Below are positions 7,120-16,131 of a DNA stretch of 17,353 bases, piece by piece. The notes beneath the pieces were generated by a model. It had not been told where the DNA came from. It worked only from the letters and a program-made list of their open reading frames with translations, and did no database searches. A program made the translations under genes and the position numbers. How positions within the stretch are numbered: position 1 is the stretch's first letter; each line of letters starts with the position of its first letter. The stretch comes from Anaerohalosphaeraceae bacterium (GTDB lineage Bacteria; Planctomycetota; Phycisphaerae; Sedimentisphaerales; Anaerohalosphaeraceae): NCBI GenBank assembly GCA_050309605.1, contig JBNRMN010000029.1, positions 1 to 17,353 on the forward strand. The letters run 5' to 3'.

Positions 7120-8183
7120 AGGTCCTCCGAAAAATCACAGCAGACCGGAATCGCCGGCGACAGGCCGTAGTGGCGAATTTCGCTGAAGTCGGGGTGGATG
7201 CCACTGACCAGCCGGCCATAGTACGGCCGCGGCGCGGCGGTCTTCAGGATGGTCCCGGCAGTAAGCATCACCAGCGGCTTTTTGTGGGGATTATGCTTGC
7301 CCGAAGGGTGCGGACCGACGGCCCAGTCGCCGCCGAGCTTGCTGTGTTTGGTATGCAGTTTCCAGTATCCCTGGGCCGGGTCGTCGGCAGCCGGCACGCA
7401 GGCGGCCAGCAGCATCACGGCGTTAGGGTTTTCAGCCCGGGGCAATGTCGTTGGCACGACGGCTTCCACCGTCACCTTGCCTTTGCCGCGGGATTTGTAT
7501 TTGCCGTAGCCGGCGGCCAAGGCGCCGGTCAGCAGATCGCGGATTTGCGCGGCGGTATATCGGTCGCTGCCGGCCAGCAGATGAAACAGCGGCGGATCGG
7601 TGGGGTCAATGTGCCGCTCGCGTGTAAAAAAGAAACTGCCCTGTTCGCCGGTAGTGCCGGACAGCCGATTGATGGTGTTATGCGGTACGACGGTTTCTTT
7701 GGGCATATTCGGTTGGCCGCAACCCTTTTCCAAAAACCAGCTCAGAATCGCCGCCGAGGATAGACCATTTATCGTACTGTTAAGTACCTCACCCGGCAGC
7801 CAGCGTAAGCTGTAGAGCCATTTGAGGATGTCAAAGGCCTCGACAGGTGTGGGGCGGTGGTCCTTGATGCGACCGGCTGCCGGACAACCGGGCAAATTTG
7901 TTTCCAGGGAGGACTTCTCCGTATTCTGGATGATTTGGAGCAATTGCTTTTCTTCGGCGGGCTTGGGCCGCGGCAGTGTCGGCATCTGCCAAAAGCCGAC
8001 CGGAAAGGGGTCGCCCAGCAGCAGCGGCAGCGTGCCGGTCTCGTAGGCGGCCAGAAAGTCGCCCAGGGCTTTTTCTCCGTCAGCGTAGCGAATCGCCCAG
8101 CAGATATGGCCAAAGAGGGTATCGGCCGACAGCAGCGTGCCCAGCGCGCTTTGTACCTTCAGCGTGATATCAAACCAGTTCAT
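7116..8183 (-). CDS. csm4: Type III-A RAMP protein Csm4 (Cas5 group)
   Basis: 'ADTLFGHICWA', 'HNTINRLSG', G-rich loop 'GYGKYKSRGKG', C-terminal 'HYG'; operon position. Confidence 0.92.
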   Translation of the reverse strand: MNWFDITLKVQSALGTLLSADTLFGHICWAIRYADGEKALGDFLAAYETGTLPLLLGDPFPVGFWQMPTLPRPKPAEEKQLLQIIQNTEKSSLETNLPGCPAAGRIKDHRPTPVEAFDILKWLYSLRWLPGEVLNSTINGLSSAAILSWFLEKGCGQPNMPKETVVPHNTINRLSGTTGEQGSFFFTRERHIDPTDPPLFHLLAGSDRYTAAQIRDLLTGALAAGYGKYKSRGKGKVTVEAVVPTTLPRAENPNAVMLLAACVPAADDPAQGYWKLHTKHSKLGGDWAVGPHPSGKHNPHKKPLVMLTAGTILKTAAPRPYYGRLVSGIHPDFSEIRHYGLSPAIPVCCDFSEDL

Positions 8184-8202
8184 AACGGCATTGCCTTTCG
8201 GT

Positions 8203-8868
8203 TCAGACGGTGGGCAGTTGCAGCGGCTGGCCGGTTTCGTCGGTCAGGTCGATGAACTTGACCTTGCCGCAGCCGCGCGAGCCGGCTCCGCCAAGGTAGT
8301 CCCGTTCGACCAGGGCCAGGGCCTTGAGAACGACGTCGGTAAAGTTGCGTTCGTCGGTGGCGCCGCCGTCGCCGACATCAATTACTCGATAGACGATATC
8401 CAGATCGAACGTAACGCCAGGCACCACACGCTCCAACGGCCGCGGATTGGCCATTGCTGTGATGCGGTTGATCGAGTTTTCGTGCTTGACTTCGGTAAGG
8501 TCCTGACCGGCGGCGAACGCCTGACGTGATTCTTCACTGAGGAAGCAGTCCCGAACAATCAGCCGGGTAGGGCCTACCTGGTTGTCATTGCTGGCGCTGT
8601 GGCCAAATACCCGTGTAATCGGACAATTCGGATCTGTATCCATGAAGGGGTCGCCCTTGGGATGAAGCTTGCCCAGGTGCCATTCCATCAGGGAGCGCAT
8701 CTTGCCCTTCAGCGAGGAGCCGGGGATATAGGGTTCGTTGTTTGAGCCGTTGCGCAGAATGGGATTATCCACCCCGCCGATTTCCATGGTTTCGGTCGAG
8801 CCGCCGATGTGCAGGCCGGTCTGAACGCAAATTTTGCCTTTGATTTGTTTAATGGTATTGATCTTCAT
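8203..8868 (-). CDS. csm3: Type III-A RAMP protein Csm3 (Cas7 group, target RNase)
   Basis: 'TGLHIGG', 'IGGVDNP' (catalytic Asp), 'PYIPGSSLKGKMRSL', 'EVKHENSINR', 'YLGGAGSRGCG'. Confidence 0.96.
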   Translation of the reverse strand: MKINTIKQIKGKICVQTGLHIGGSTETMEIGGVDNPILRNGSNNEPYIPGSSLKGKMRSLMEWHLGKLHPKGDPFMDTDPNCPITRVFGHSASNDNQVGPTRLIVRDCFLSEESRQAFAAGQDLTEVKHENSINRITAMANPRPLERVVPGVTFDLDIVYRVIDVGDGGATDERNFTDVVLKALALVERDYLGGAGSRGCGKVKFIDLTDETGQPLQLPTV

Positions 8869-9323
8869 TTCTTCACCAGGCCCTTTCCATACATATAGCC
8901 GACAACTGCTTCAAAATACAGTGCAAATGCTTCAAAGTCTTTTTGGTCTTTGATTCGGTCGATGTTGTCCGTCAAGAAAGCACGAAACTCATCGGGGATA
9001 GTCCCATTGCTTCTGCCCTTGGCGTACATGGCTTTGCTTTTGACCATTCGTACAAAAGGTTCCAGTTCCGACCATGTTCTGCCCTGTTTCATGCGAAGAG
9101 ACAAATTTTTCACTTCGCCGAAGAAACGGCGAAGCTGAGCGCTGCCCACGGCCTCGTGCAACTGGTCTGCTTGCTTTTCTGCATCTTTATCCAACAGGGT
9201 GGGATTTATCCTTTTTTTGTCCTGATCCTCAAAAAAACGAACCTCCAACGCCTTTGCCGGGGTTTTAAGCTCTCTTTGCGGATGCCCCGGTCGTCCTTTG
9301 TTTTGCGGATTATACGCACTCAT
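8865..9323 (-). CDS. csm2: Type III-A small subunit Csm2
   Basis: 152 aa helical protein with 'AQLRRFFGEVK' and 'FEAVVGY'; 4-bp overlaps with cas10 and csm3. Confidence 0.93.
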   Translation of the reverse strand: MSAYNPQNKGRPGHPQRELKTPAKALEVRFFEDQDKKRINPTLLDKDAEKQADQLHEAVGSAQLRRFFGEVKNLSLRMKQGRTWSELEPFVRMVKSKAMYAKGRSNGTIPDEFRAFLTDNIDRIKDQKDFEAFALYFEAVVGYMYGKGLVKK

Positions 9324-11845
9324 GCCGTTTTGCCTCCACGATTAAGATATAGACAATAGGTTACAGCGACTTTGAGCCGCTCCATTTGACTGAGGTCCTG
9401 GGTCAGGGCGGTCATTTTTTCCAGACGCTCCAGGCCGGGCGGATGTTTTTGATGTTTATCGAGCCGATCGATATTGCGGGCCAGATCGTATTTCAGATGT
9501 GACCGCCAGAGCAGATTTTTAAGTTTGCGCGTCTCGTTTGCCATTTGGCAGTACCGAATCAGACGATAGACAAAGCCTTTGGTGGCCTTGATGCCGTCTG
9601 CGCCGCAGTCCCGCATGATGCGATCGAGAAAGCGGCCGTCATCGAGGGCCTGCTCCAGATCGGGCCATTTCAACACCGTGTCAAAGACACAGACGCGGTC
9701 TCGATCGTGTTTGGCTTTGATCAAGGCCCTATCGGCCTGTTCGGCTGCCTGCGCCAGCGGAAATCGGCTGTGGCAAACGGTGATGCCGGCCGAGAGGGTA
9801 ATGTCCGGATGATGACAGACATAGCGGCGGAACTGATTTCGCAGATAGAGGGCAAAGGTAAGCAGAGTCCGCCACGGCCCGACCAGCAGCAGGTCATCGC
9901 CGCCGGCATAGACGGTGTAGATATTGCGAAAATCGGGATGCTCTGCCGGCGGGTCAAGGAACATCTGAGGCATGATGCCGCTAAAGAACAAATCCAGCTG
10001 GCGCGACAGCGAGATGTAGTAGCTCAGCGACCCTTTGGCCTTTTCAAGTCCTTTGGTAAACAGCATGCCCAGCCGGTCCACGTCGGCCTTCATTACCGCC
10101 AGCAGCGGCTGACCCTTGGGTGGGGCGTCCGGGTCATCGCCGTCTAAAACAAACGCATCGGCACACAGATGGGCAAACGACTTGGCCTTCGTGGCGGCAA
10201 AGACAGACTCGCCTTCCTCCAGCTGGCTGGAAAGCCACGCTTTGACGTTGGAATTTTCATAACGCAGTCGATCCTCTTCGGTTTGTCGAGGGATATAGTT
10301 GGCCAAAAATCGACCGTTATGAATTTCGTGCAGCGGTTTGGGGGCCGTGCCGGGTACAAACGCGACGCAGCTTTTAATCGTATCGTTCAGGGCCGGCGGA
10401 CGATAGGTGATGGCAAAATAATACCGTCCGAACGGATTCGCCAGCGGCAACTGCGCCAGTGGCGGTTCAAAGGTCCCTTCGAAGGGTTGGGTACTGAGGG
10501 TAAGGAAATTGCCCGATGTCAGTTGGGAACCTATCTGATTGAAGAATTGCTCCTGAAGGGTCTCTTCTTGACCTTCGGGCCGTTCAGCCGGCATCGCTGC
10601 CGGATCAAATTCGAGTACAAAATCATCCGGTCTCCACTGTCCGTTGCGGCATAAGATACGCCGCTGTGGCTGTTTTTTGGCACGCTCCATTTTCCATGAC
10701 AGCTGATTTTGGATCAGATGGAATCGTGTTTGTGAGAAGTCCTGGCCGGACAGCTCCATGTCATAGCAGAGATTCAAACTCAACTGCCCCTCAAAGGTCT
10801 TTTGAAACCAGTGCTGAATACGTTCTTCGGCTTCCTGGACCGCCTTGAGGCTGTCTTCTGTGTTATGGATCAACAGGGTAAAATGCCCGCCGGCATCGAT
10901 AATTCGACTTACACAAGCAAGTCCCACATGTTCCAATATCAGTTCGCCGGCCAGCCGTGTCACAAGCCCCAGATAAAACGACCTGGACCGCAGCCGTTTA
11001 CTGACGCCGGAGGGGTTTTCCAGCGTCGTGTGATACAGGTAGTTTTGGATGCCGCTTAAATCGCCGCTGACCATGCGAAATTTTTTGATGGTGCGGTCTT
11101 TTATGGCGGCTTCGTTAAGAGTGTTGGTCTGAACGTGGTATTGATACAGCGCTGCCGCAAACGCCGCCGTCGTCAGACTGTGGTCCAGCAGGGAGATTTC
11201 AAAATGCTGTGAGCGGTGACTGGGGACATGAGCGGCATAAAGACTGTATATCCAGACCAGCTGTTCGATATACAGTGTTGGGCTGACTGGTCTTAGACGC
11301 TCAAAGTGCGAAAACATAGCCTCCCACAGGGCCTGATAGTCCTGAACTGAATTGAGCCGATTATCCCGATCCAATTGTCGAGGATAAACGTCTTGACCCA
11401 TCGAAAACGGTGCCAGCGGCAAAATACAATCGTGCGGCTGCCCTTTGCCGGACAGGCCGGGAATGGAGGAGAATATGCTTGTGGCATAGTCGCGCACGCC
11501 CGTCTGCTGTTCATTCTTCTCATCCTTCCGCCGATCCTGACCGGCAGAGAGCTTGTCGGCCTCCTGAACGATAAAGTCAGAAATATCACTGGGCTTGTGG
11601 TGATATGACGCGATATTGGCGATGCGGCCAGGGTCCAACTCACGCGGCAGCCAGTTTTTGAGGTTTTCAAAAAACTCATTGGTATGTGCCACATGATGGT
11701 GGCTATAGGGGCCGTACGTCGTAGGACAAATCTGCGGCCGCATCCGCTCCGATTGTTCGGACAGATGCCGCCGTGCGCGTTCTGAAATTTTGCCTATATC
11801 ATGCAGCAATGCTCCGATACAAAGCTCAGCCATCTCTTTTTGCAT
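9320..11845 (-). CDS. cas10: Type III-A large subunit Cas10/Csm1 (HD nuclease plus Palm cyclase)
   Basis: 'GALLHDIGK' HD motif, 'GDLSGIQNYLY', 'KRLRSRSFYL', 'KADVDRLG' and 'VYAGGDDL'. Start moved from the track's 11956 to the ATG at 11845 (AGAGAGGA RBS, no cas6 overlap), giving 841 aa. Confidence 0.96.
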   Translation of the reverse strand: MQKEMAELCIGALLHDIGKISERARRHLSEQSERMRPQICPTTYGPYSHHHVAHTNEFFENLKNWLPRELDPGRIANIASYHHKPSDISDFIVQEADKLSAGQDRRKDEKNEQQTGVRDYATSIFSSIPGLSGKGQPHDCILPLAPFSMGQDVYPRQLDRDNRLNSVQDYQALWEAMFSHFERLRPVSPTLYIEQLVWIYSLYAAHVPSHRSQHFEISLLDHSLTTAAFAAALYQYHVQTNTLNEAAIKDRTIKKFRMVSGDLSGIQNYLYHTTLENPSGVSKRLRSRSFYLGLVTRLAGELILEHVGLACVSRIIDAGGHFTLLIHNTEDSLKAVQEAEERIQHWFQKTFEGQLSLNLCYDMELSGQDFSQTRFHLIQNQLSWKMERAKKQPQRRILCRNGQWRPDDFVLEFDPAAMPAERPEGQEETLQEQFFNQIGSQLTSGNFLTLSTQPFEGTFEPPLAQLPLANPFGRYYFAITYRPPALNDTIKSCVAFVPGTAPKPLHEIHNGRFLANYIPRQTEEDRLRYENSNVKAWLSSQLEEGESVFAATKAKSFAHLCADAFVLDGDDPDAPPKGQPLLAVMKADVDRLGMLFTKGLEKAKGSLSYYISLSRQLDLFFSGIMPQMFLDPPAEHPDFRNIYTVYAGGDDLLLVGPWRTLLTFALYLRNQFRRYVCHHPDITLSAGITVCHSRFPLAQAAEQADRALIKAKHDRDRVCVFDTVLKWPDLEQALDDGRFLDRIMRDCGADGIKATKGFVYRLIRYCQMANETRKLKNLLWRSHLKYDLARNIDRLDKHQKHPPGLERLEKMTALTQDLSQMERLKVAVTYCLYLNRGGKTA

Positions 11846-11856
11846 ACGATTCCTCT

Positions 11857-12879
11857 CTATTCCTGCGATAGTCCAATACGTCCAAAACCAAAACTGGTGG
11901 CTTTGCCGATATGGCAAAGACGTCCCCATTCCAGCAGGGAACCCCAGCGGGTCCAATTGCCCGCAAAGACAACCTGCCCTGTCAGTCCCTTCAGCGGGAC
12001 CTGTTTCTTTTGACGCCCCGAAAACCGTGAAAACTCATAGGTCTGTGTCCGTTGCGAGATTTTTTCAATCTGTGCCGTGCCTGCCAAAAAATCATTGAGA
12101 CTGAATTTTGAATCCGGCGGTGTGCCGTAAAAATAACAAAGTATCGAAACGCGGCGATACACCGCTTTGAGCAGCGTTTCAAATGCGATCGTAACCGCCG
12201 CTTTGCCGTTGACTTGAATCTTCGTCGGCGTAATTAACTCCACAACAAGGTGTTTTCCCGGTACCCAATCGCATGGCGCAAACTCCTCTTTTTGTAGTGT
12301 CCCCAAACAGGAACCGCCATCTTCATAAAGAGTCTGGCCGGACGAGGGCTGCGTGATGGAATCGATTCGAAACGGGATTCGGTCTTTACCCATTCCCTGT
12401 TTGCCAATTTCCAGAATGCTGTACACAATATACGGGAACAGCTCGATGGCCTTGCCAAACAGCCGCATCCCAAAGTGGAACGGACTGCCCGGCTGAATAT
12501 GGGTTTGTGATTCCCGGTCAACAATCAGCACGAAAGGTTGGGGAATATGCGGATAAAGTCGCATAAACTGACGATTTTCCGGCGGCACGCCTTCAAACAA
12601 GAAACTGTAAGCACATGTGCTGCGGATGATACAAACCTGACAGTCACCCTTGTTGGCATGGCATACCGTCTTTTTGAGATGATACCCAAAAGCACCTCTG
12701 AGCGTCGGCCCCCAGAACGGCGGCAATTGGCCTTGACCTAAAAATAAACCACGGACACGAAACTCAGCAAATGGCAAGGATACGCACAAAACATCAGAAT
12801 TGGCGTCCTCTTGACCATCTAAACAGCCGTCTTTAGGATGCGGGACGAATGCTTTTTCAGTAGATTCCTCAATCGTCAC
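11857..12879 (-). CDS. cas6: CRISPR pre-crRNA processing endoribonuclease Cas6
   Basis: 'GPTLRGAFG', Cys cluster 'CHANKGDCQVCIIRSTCAY', C-terminal G-loop 'HIGKATSFGFG'. GTG start with GAAGGGG RBS; the true start could be further downstream. Confidence 0.92.
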   Translation of the reverse strand: MTIEESTEKAFVPHPKDGCLDGQEDANSDVLCVSLPFAEFRVRGLFLGQGQLPPFWGPTLRGAFGYHLKKTVCHANKGDCQVCIIRSTCAYSFLFEGVPPENRQFMRLYPHIPQPFVLIVDRESQTHIQPGSPFHFGMRLFGKAIELFPYIVYSILEIGKQGMGKDRIPFRIDSITQPSSGQTLYEDGGSCLGTLQKEEFAPCDWVPGKHLVVELITPTKIQVNGKAAVTIAFETLLKAVYRRVSILCYFYGTPPDSKFSLNDFLAGTAQIEKISQRTQTYEFSRFSGRQKKQVPLKGLTGQVVFAGNWTRWGSLLEWGRLCHIGKATSFGFGRIGLSQE

Positions 12880-12925
12880 GGCGGATTATCCCCTTCACAA
12901 CAAACACTTCACAAACTGCTAAGTC

Positions 12926-12953
12926 ATTATCCGCTTGGTCGGTTCTTTGTCAA
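12926..12953 (-). promoter_or_regulatory. Sigma70-type promoter of the cas operon
   Basis: Minus strand TTGACA (12953-12948), 16 nt, GATAAT (12931-12926), 46 bp upstream of cas6. Confidence 0.7.
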
Positions 12954-12997
12954 GCGCTTTTATCAACCAAAAATGAACTTAGTGTCGGCGGTGCGGC

Positions 12998-13034
12998 AGG
13001 CATGAAGGGGCGATGAAATCGACCCCTTCTGCCT
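12998..13034. other. Strong stem-loop between the lipoprotein gene and the cas promoter
   Basis: AGGCA-T-GAAGGGG-CGAT-GAA-ATCG-A-CCCCTTC-TGCCT: 16 bp with two single-base bulges and no U-tract on either side. Confidence 0.5.
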
Positions 13035-13456
13035 CATCTCCCGAACCTACAACCTAGCGTTAACAGGCATTGTTGCTCTATGTGTCGCCACATTCACGCA
13101 AAACGGCATAACCTCTTATGGGAAAAGGGTCTATATTTTGCGACAAAAGCCAAGGGAATTCCGATTTTCATTGCATTTATTGCGTGCCATTGTACCCCAT
13201 TGCATTCATTGCGTGAAGCGCACCGGTTTTGGGGGAGTAGTTTACTTCTCGGCTTTTATCGTCCGGAAAGAGTGACATAATCTTCGTCGGCCTGAATCAC
13301 AACCATAACCGCATCGCATAAAACGTGAACGATTGGTGTTCACTGCACCTACGGTCTATACGAGGTCAAAATCGCCTCAAGTTCGGATTTCAAGCCTTCG
13401 GAGGCTGTCCCGAATCCATCAATCTTCAGTTTGTAAAGAGCAAATTCAAGCCTGTT

Positions 13457-14461
13457 TCACCTGTACGAACCATCCGATTCAGCCGTCAGATGGATTTTTG
13501 CAGAGGACAGTACAGGAGATTGTCTAACATTAAGGGTTTCCCATACCGTAATGCTTGGCCTTTGAGGTAATCGTGAGAGGGTATAAAACGCGGCAGCATT
13601 CATTGCGGCTTCACGGGTAAGCTGGACGGGAAAGCCGGAACTGGCATCTGCCTCTAACGTGATATGCCCATCGATGGTTTCGTAGGTACAGTTGCGAAGG
13701 TACCCTAATAGCCCTTTGGGCCGAATATGGGGATGAAACAATTCCGGCAGCGTATTTTGAATGGAATTCGAGTCCAAGCTTTCATATCCGCCGGCAATCA
13801 CCCTTCCAGTATTATCGGTGTTCACGTTCCATTGCGTAATTACAGAAGGCGCTTTGCCGGGAAGCGCCGACGGAAGCTGACGTGTGTGGGTCCATGCATC
13901 CGCCTGAGCCGGGCTTTGTGAGGCCCTGGCCGCCCTGAACAACAGTTCCTGAATAGCCCATACATCAAGCAGAAAATTCTGCTCCCTGAGCCTTCGCTGG
14001 CCGCAATCATGACCCTGGGAGCATGTCTCGCAGCCTCGCGCAAGGGTTTTGAGGGTCTCCACAAAGGCATCGGCTTTGACGATTTGCCCCTCCTGGTCAA
14101 TGTGAATCTCAAAGGATTGTCCTGCAAGCTCATCAACAGGGTCGTTCAACACCACCTCATGCAAAAAGTCCGTCCGGCTTGCCTGGACCTCTATGAATTC
14201 AACCCGGTAACGGCTATTATGTCCGGAGACGGGCTGCACATGATACACAAGCCGGAGCATTTCGGATAATTTTTCCGGGGCTGAATCGGTATCGGGATCG
14301 TTCAAATCAACCAGCAATTCACGCTCTAAGGTGATGTCATAGGTGGCCGAATAATCCGCTGAAAGCGGTTTCTCGGAGGCTGACCATTGCTCAGTAGAAC
14401 CACATCCGACAAGAAAACTGCCTATGGCAACCAACGAAAGTAAAGCTTGTATTTTGTTCAT
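13457..14461 (-). CDS. Hypothetical lipoprotein (334 aa)
   Basis: ATG at 14461 with AGGAG RBS gives the signal peptide MNKIQALLSLVAIGSF-LVGC (lipobox). No family recognised. Confidence 0.75.
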   Translation of the reverse strand: MNKIQALLSLVAIGSFLVGCGSTEQWSASEKPLSADYSATYDITLERELLVDLNDPDTDSAPEKLSEMLRLVYHVQPVSGHNSRYRVEFIEVQASRTDFLHEVVLNDPVDELAGQSFEIHIDQEGQIVKADAFVETLKTLARGCETCSQGHDCGQRRLREQNFLLDVWAIQELLFRAARASQSPAQADAWTHTRQLPSALPGKAPSVITQWNVNTDNTGRVIAGGYESLDSNSIQNTLPELFHPHIRPKGLLGYLRNCTYETIDGHITLEADASSGFPVQLTREAAMNAAAFYTLSRLPQRPSITVWETLNVRQSPVLSSAKIHLTAESDGSYR

Positions 14462-14536
14462 TCGAAACTCCTGTCCAAAGTCAAATTCTATTAAACTGCG
14501 ACACATCCTCTGTCAGACGTCATAGCGTCGCACTCA

Positions 14537-14632
14537 GTCAACACCTGCCACTGGTCGTTGTCTGCGAATCGTGTTGTCTTTTCAATTCTGTTCAATGACT
14601 TCAATCTTTTTGTTTGCCGGATAAAATGTCTG
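14537..14632. repeat. 96-bp direct repeat, copy A (copy B at 17054-17149)
   Basis: Manual alignment: 92/96 identical, offset 2517 bp. Covers the 3' end of a membrane-protein gene and the start of an RHS fragment (NDQWQVLT). Confidence 0.93.
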
Positions 14633-15008
14633 GCACTATAGGTTTTCTCCAAAAGCAGATCAGTCTATGCATTGCGATGCAAACACAGAGTGCAACAAAA
14701 TAGCCAGCAATTAAGGTACCCCAATTAACAAACCATTTGATTTCAGTAATGTCTTGTTTCGAAATCTGTTCAGCAGTAATAGTTTCATTTGCTGGGATAT
14801 CAAAGCTTGCTTTTCCATAAACAATCGATTTATTAAACCAGAAAAACCGACCTTTGGGATACAATATTGTACCCTTATAAAAGTACTGGTTATTTTGCCT
14901 TAACAACTGAATAGTGCCTAACTGAGGAGACAAAGGCTCAAAATATACCAATGAGCAAAAAATACCGTACAAAAGAGTACCCACGATAATTGTCTTTATC
15001 ATAAACAT
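14601..15008 (-). CDS. Small membrane protein, candidate immunity protein for the upstream RHS tip
   Basis: 135 aa, hydrophobic segments near both termini, AT-rich, directly downstream of an RHS toxin-tip ORF. Immunity role is inferred from position. Confidence 0.65.
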   Translation of the reverse strand: MFMIKTIIVGTLLYGIFCSLVYFEPLSPQLGTIQLLRQNNQYFYKGTILYPKGRFFWFNKSIVYGKASFDIPANETITAEQISKQDITEIKWFVNWGTLIAGYFVALCVCIAMHRLICFWRKPIVPDILSGKQKD

Positions 15009-15044
15009 TATCCCAAAATTGCCTTGTTGATTTACCCAAACGCA

Positions 15045-15941
15045 TTAGTCGCATTCTTTTTTACAGCATACCACCTGCAATCTCTGGTTGTCCTCCGGGA
15101 AACCTGCCGGTCTTGGTTTAGGAGTCCAGATTGGTACACCAATTGGACCAATTCCTATTACAATTCCATCTTGGTAAACAGGCTTAAAAGTCAAATCAAC
15201 ATTAAGCACCCCACCTTCTTGTTCCGGCGGACAATCCCCTGAGGTTACTGATATTTCCACTAAAACATTAAACTTACCACCGATAATTCCAATTGCAACA
15301 GTGTCAGCTTGCCAAAGTGAATTTGAATATGTAACTCCCTTACCAGTAAATGAAGGAGTTTTTCCGTCATCTCCACACGAATCATCATACTCATACACAT
15401 ATTCATAACCAAAAGACATCAGCTTGCCTGGTGCAAGTTCTACTTTTCCTCGAAGGGTTTTAAGACCCAGTGGGTCCAATTGTGAAATTGGCTTACTTTT
15501 GACATATTGATAGAAGTTCATCCCATCTACATGCATCAGCGGATCATGCTGCAAGAATCGTCCCAGTTGGGGGCTGTAGTCGCGGTGGCGGTAGTGCATG
15601 TGCTGCAGGCGCGGGGTGGCGGTGGCGTCGAGGTCCAGTTCGTCGATCTCGCGTCCGGTCAGGCCGATATCGCTGAGGTAGTGGCTGTTGTTGCGGTGGG
15701 CAAACCCCGGCGTCATCACACTTCGCCGCCCGTAGGCGTCATACTCATACCGCTCCACAACGCCGTACTCGGTCAGCATCGCCGCCGGGCTGTCAGCAAA
15801 CGACCGAGCCTCAATCCGACGGCCCAGGACATCGTAATCGCAATGGGCTGACGTCATTGTATTGTTGCTTGTGTAGATTTCCATTATATAAGTAACTGCC
15901 CTAGTTTTCATTTTTCTCTTCGGGCGTTTTATTGGGGCCAT
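15045..15941 (-). CDS. Orphan RHS repeat-associated core plus variable C-terminal tip (138 aa); N-terminally truncated
   Basis: 'YDVLGRR', 'ERYEYDAYG', 'RDYSPQLGRFLQHDPL', 'YQYVKSKPISQLDPLGL'. Start uncertain (ATG at 15884 avoids overlap with the upstream gene). Confidence 0.85.
   Translation of the reverse strand: MAPIKRPKRKMKTRAVTYIMEIYTSNNTMTSAHCDYDVLGRRIEARSFADSPAAMLTEYGVVERYEYDAYGRRSVMTPGFAHRNNSHYLSDIGLTGREIDELDLDATATPRLQHMHYRHRDYSPQLGRFLQHDPLMHVDGMNFYQYVKSKPISQLDPLGLKTLRGKVELAPGKLMSFGYEYVYEYDDSCGDDGKTPSFTGKGVTYSNSLWQADTVAIGIIGGKFNVLVEISVTSGDCPPEQEGGVLNVDLTFKPVYQDGIVIGIGPIGVPIWTPKPRPAGFPEDNQRLQVVCCKKECD
15537..15793. repeat. ~257-bp RHS core direct repeat, copy A (copy B at 16651-16907)
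   Basis: About 11 mismatches by manual alignment, offset 1114 bp; GC-rich against AT-rich flanks. Confidence 0.93.
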
Positions 15942-16122
15942 TTATCTCTTTTTCAAATATCAGTCTCCATAATGAAAAAATCAAACCTGGAACACAGAGC
16001 GACATTAAAATAACCCAGAACCTGTCGTCAGGCCAAGACTTAACCAAGCTGTAAGTTGCACCTGCTATTGCAAGAACAGTAAATAATATTGCTGAAAATT
16101 TCATTACAATATTTTCTTTCAA
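15901..16122 (-). CDS. Small two-TM protein, candidate immunity protein
   Basis: 73 aa with two hydrophobic helices and a charged tail; starts 9 bp after the RHS ORF stop. Confidence 0.65.
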   Translation of the reverse strand: MKENIVMKFSAILFTVLAIAGATYSLVKSWPDDRFWVILMSLCVPGLIFSLWRLIFEKEINGPNKTPEEKNEN

Positions 16123-16131
16123 TATATCTCT

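Noticed and set aside
11447..11460. CGGACAGGCCGG match between cas10 and the reverse complement of spacer 14
   Set aside because: Only 12-13 nt of GC-rich sequence with no extension.
11846..11956. N-terminal extension of Cas10 in the ORF track
   Set aside because: Overlaps the cas6 3' end; the ATG at 11845 has a good RBS and precedes the HD motif.
12865..12879. Cas6 begins MTIEE, like spacers 3 and 5
   Set aside because: Only 5 residues, different codons (GTGACGATTGAGGAA), and the flanks diverge; treated as chance, not self-targeting.
13080..13570. Short + strand ORFs (66, 81 and 64 aa) in the intergenic region
   Set aside because: No clear RBS or protein-like features; cannot be supported.
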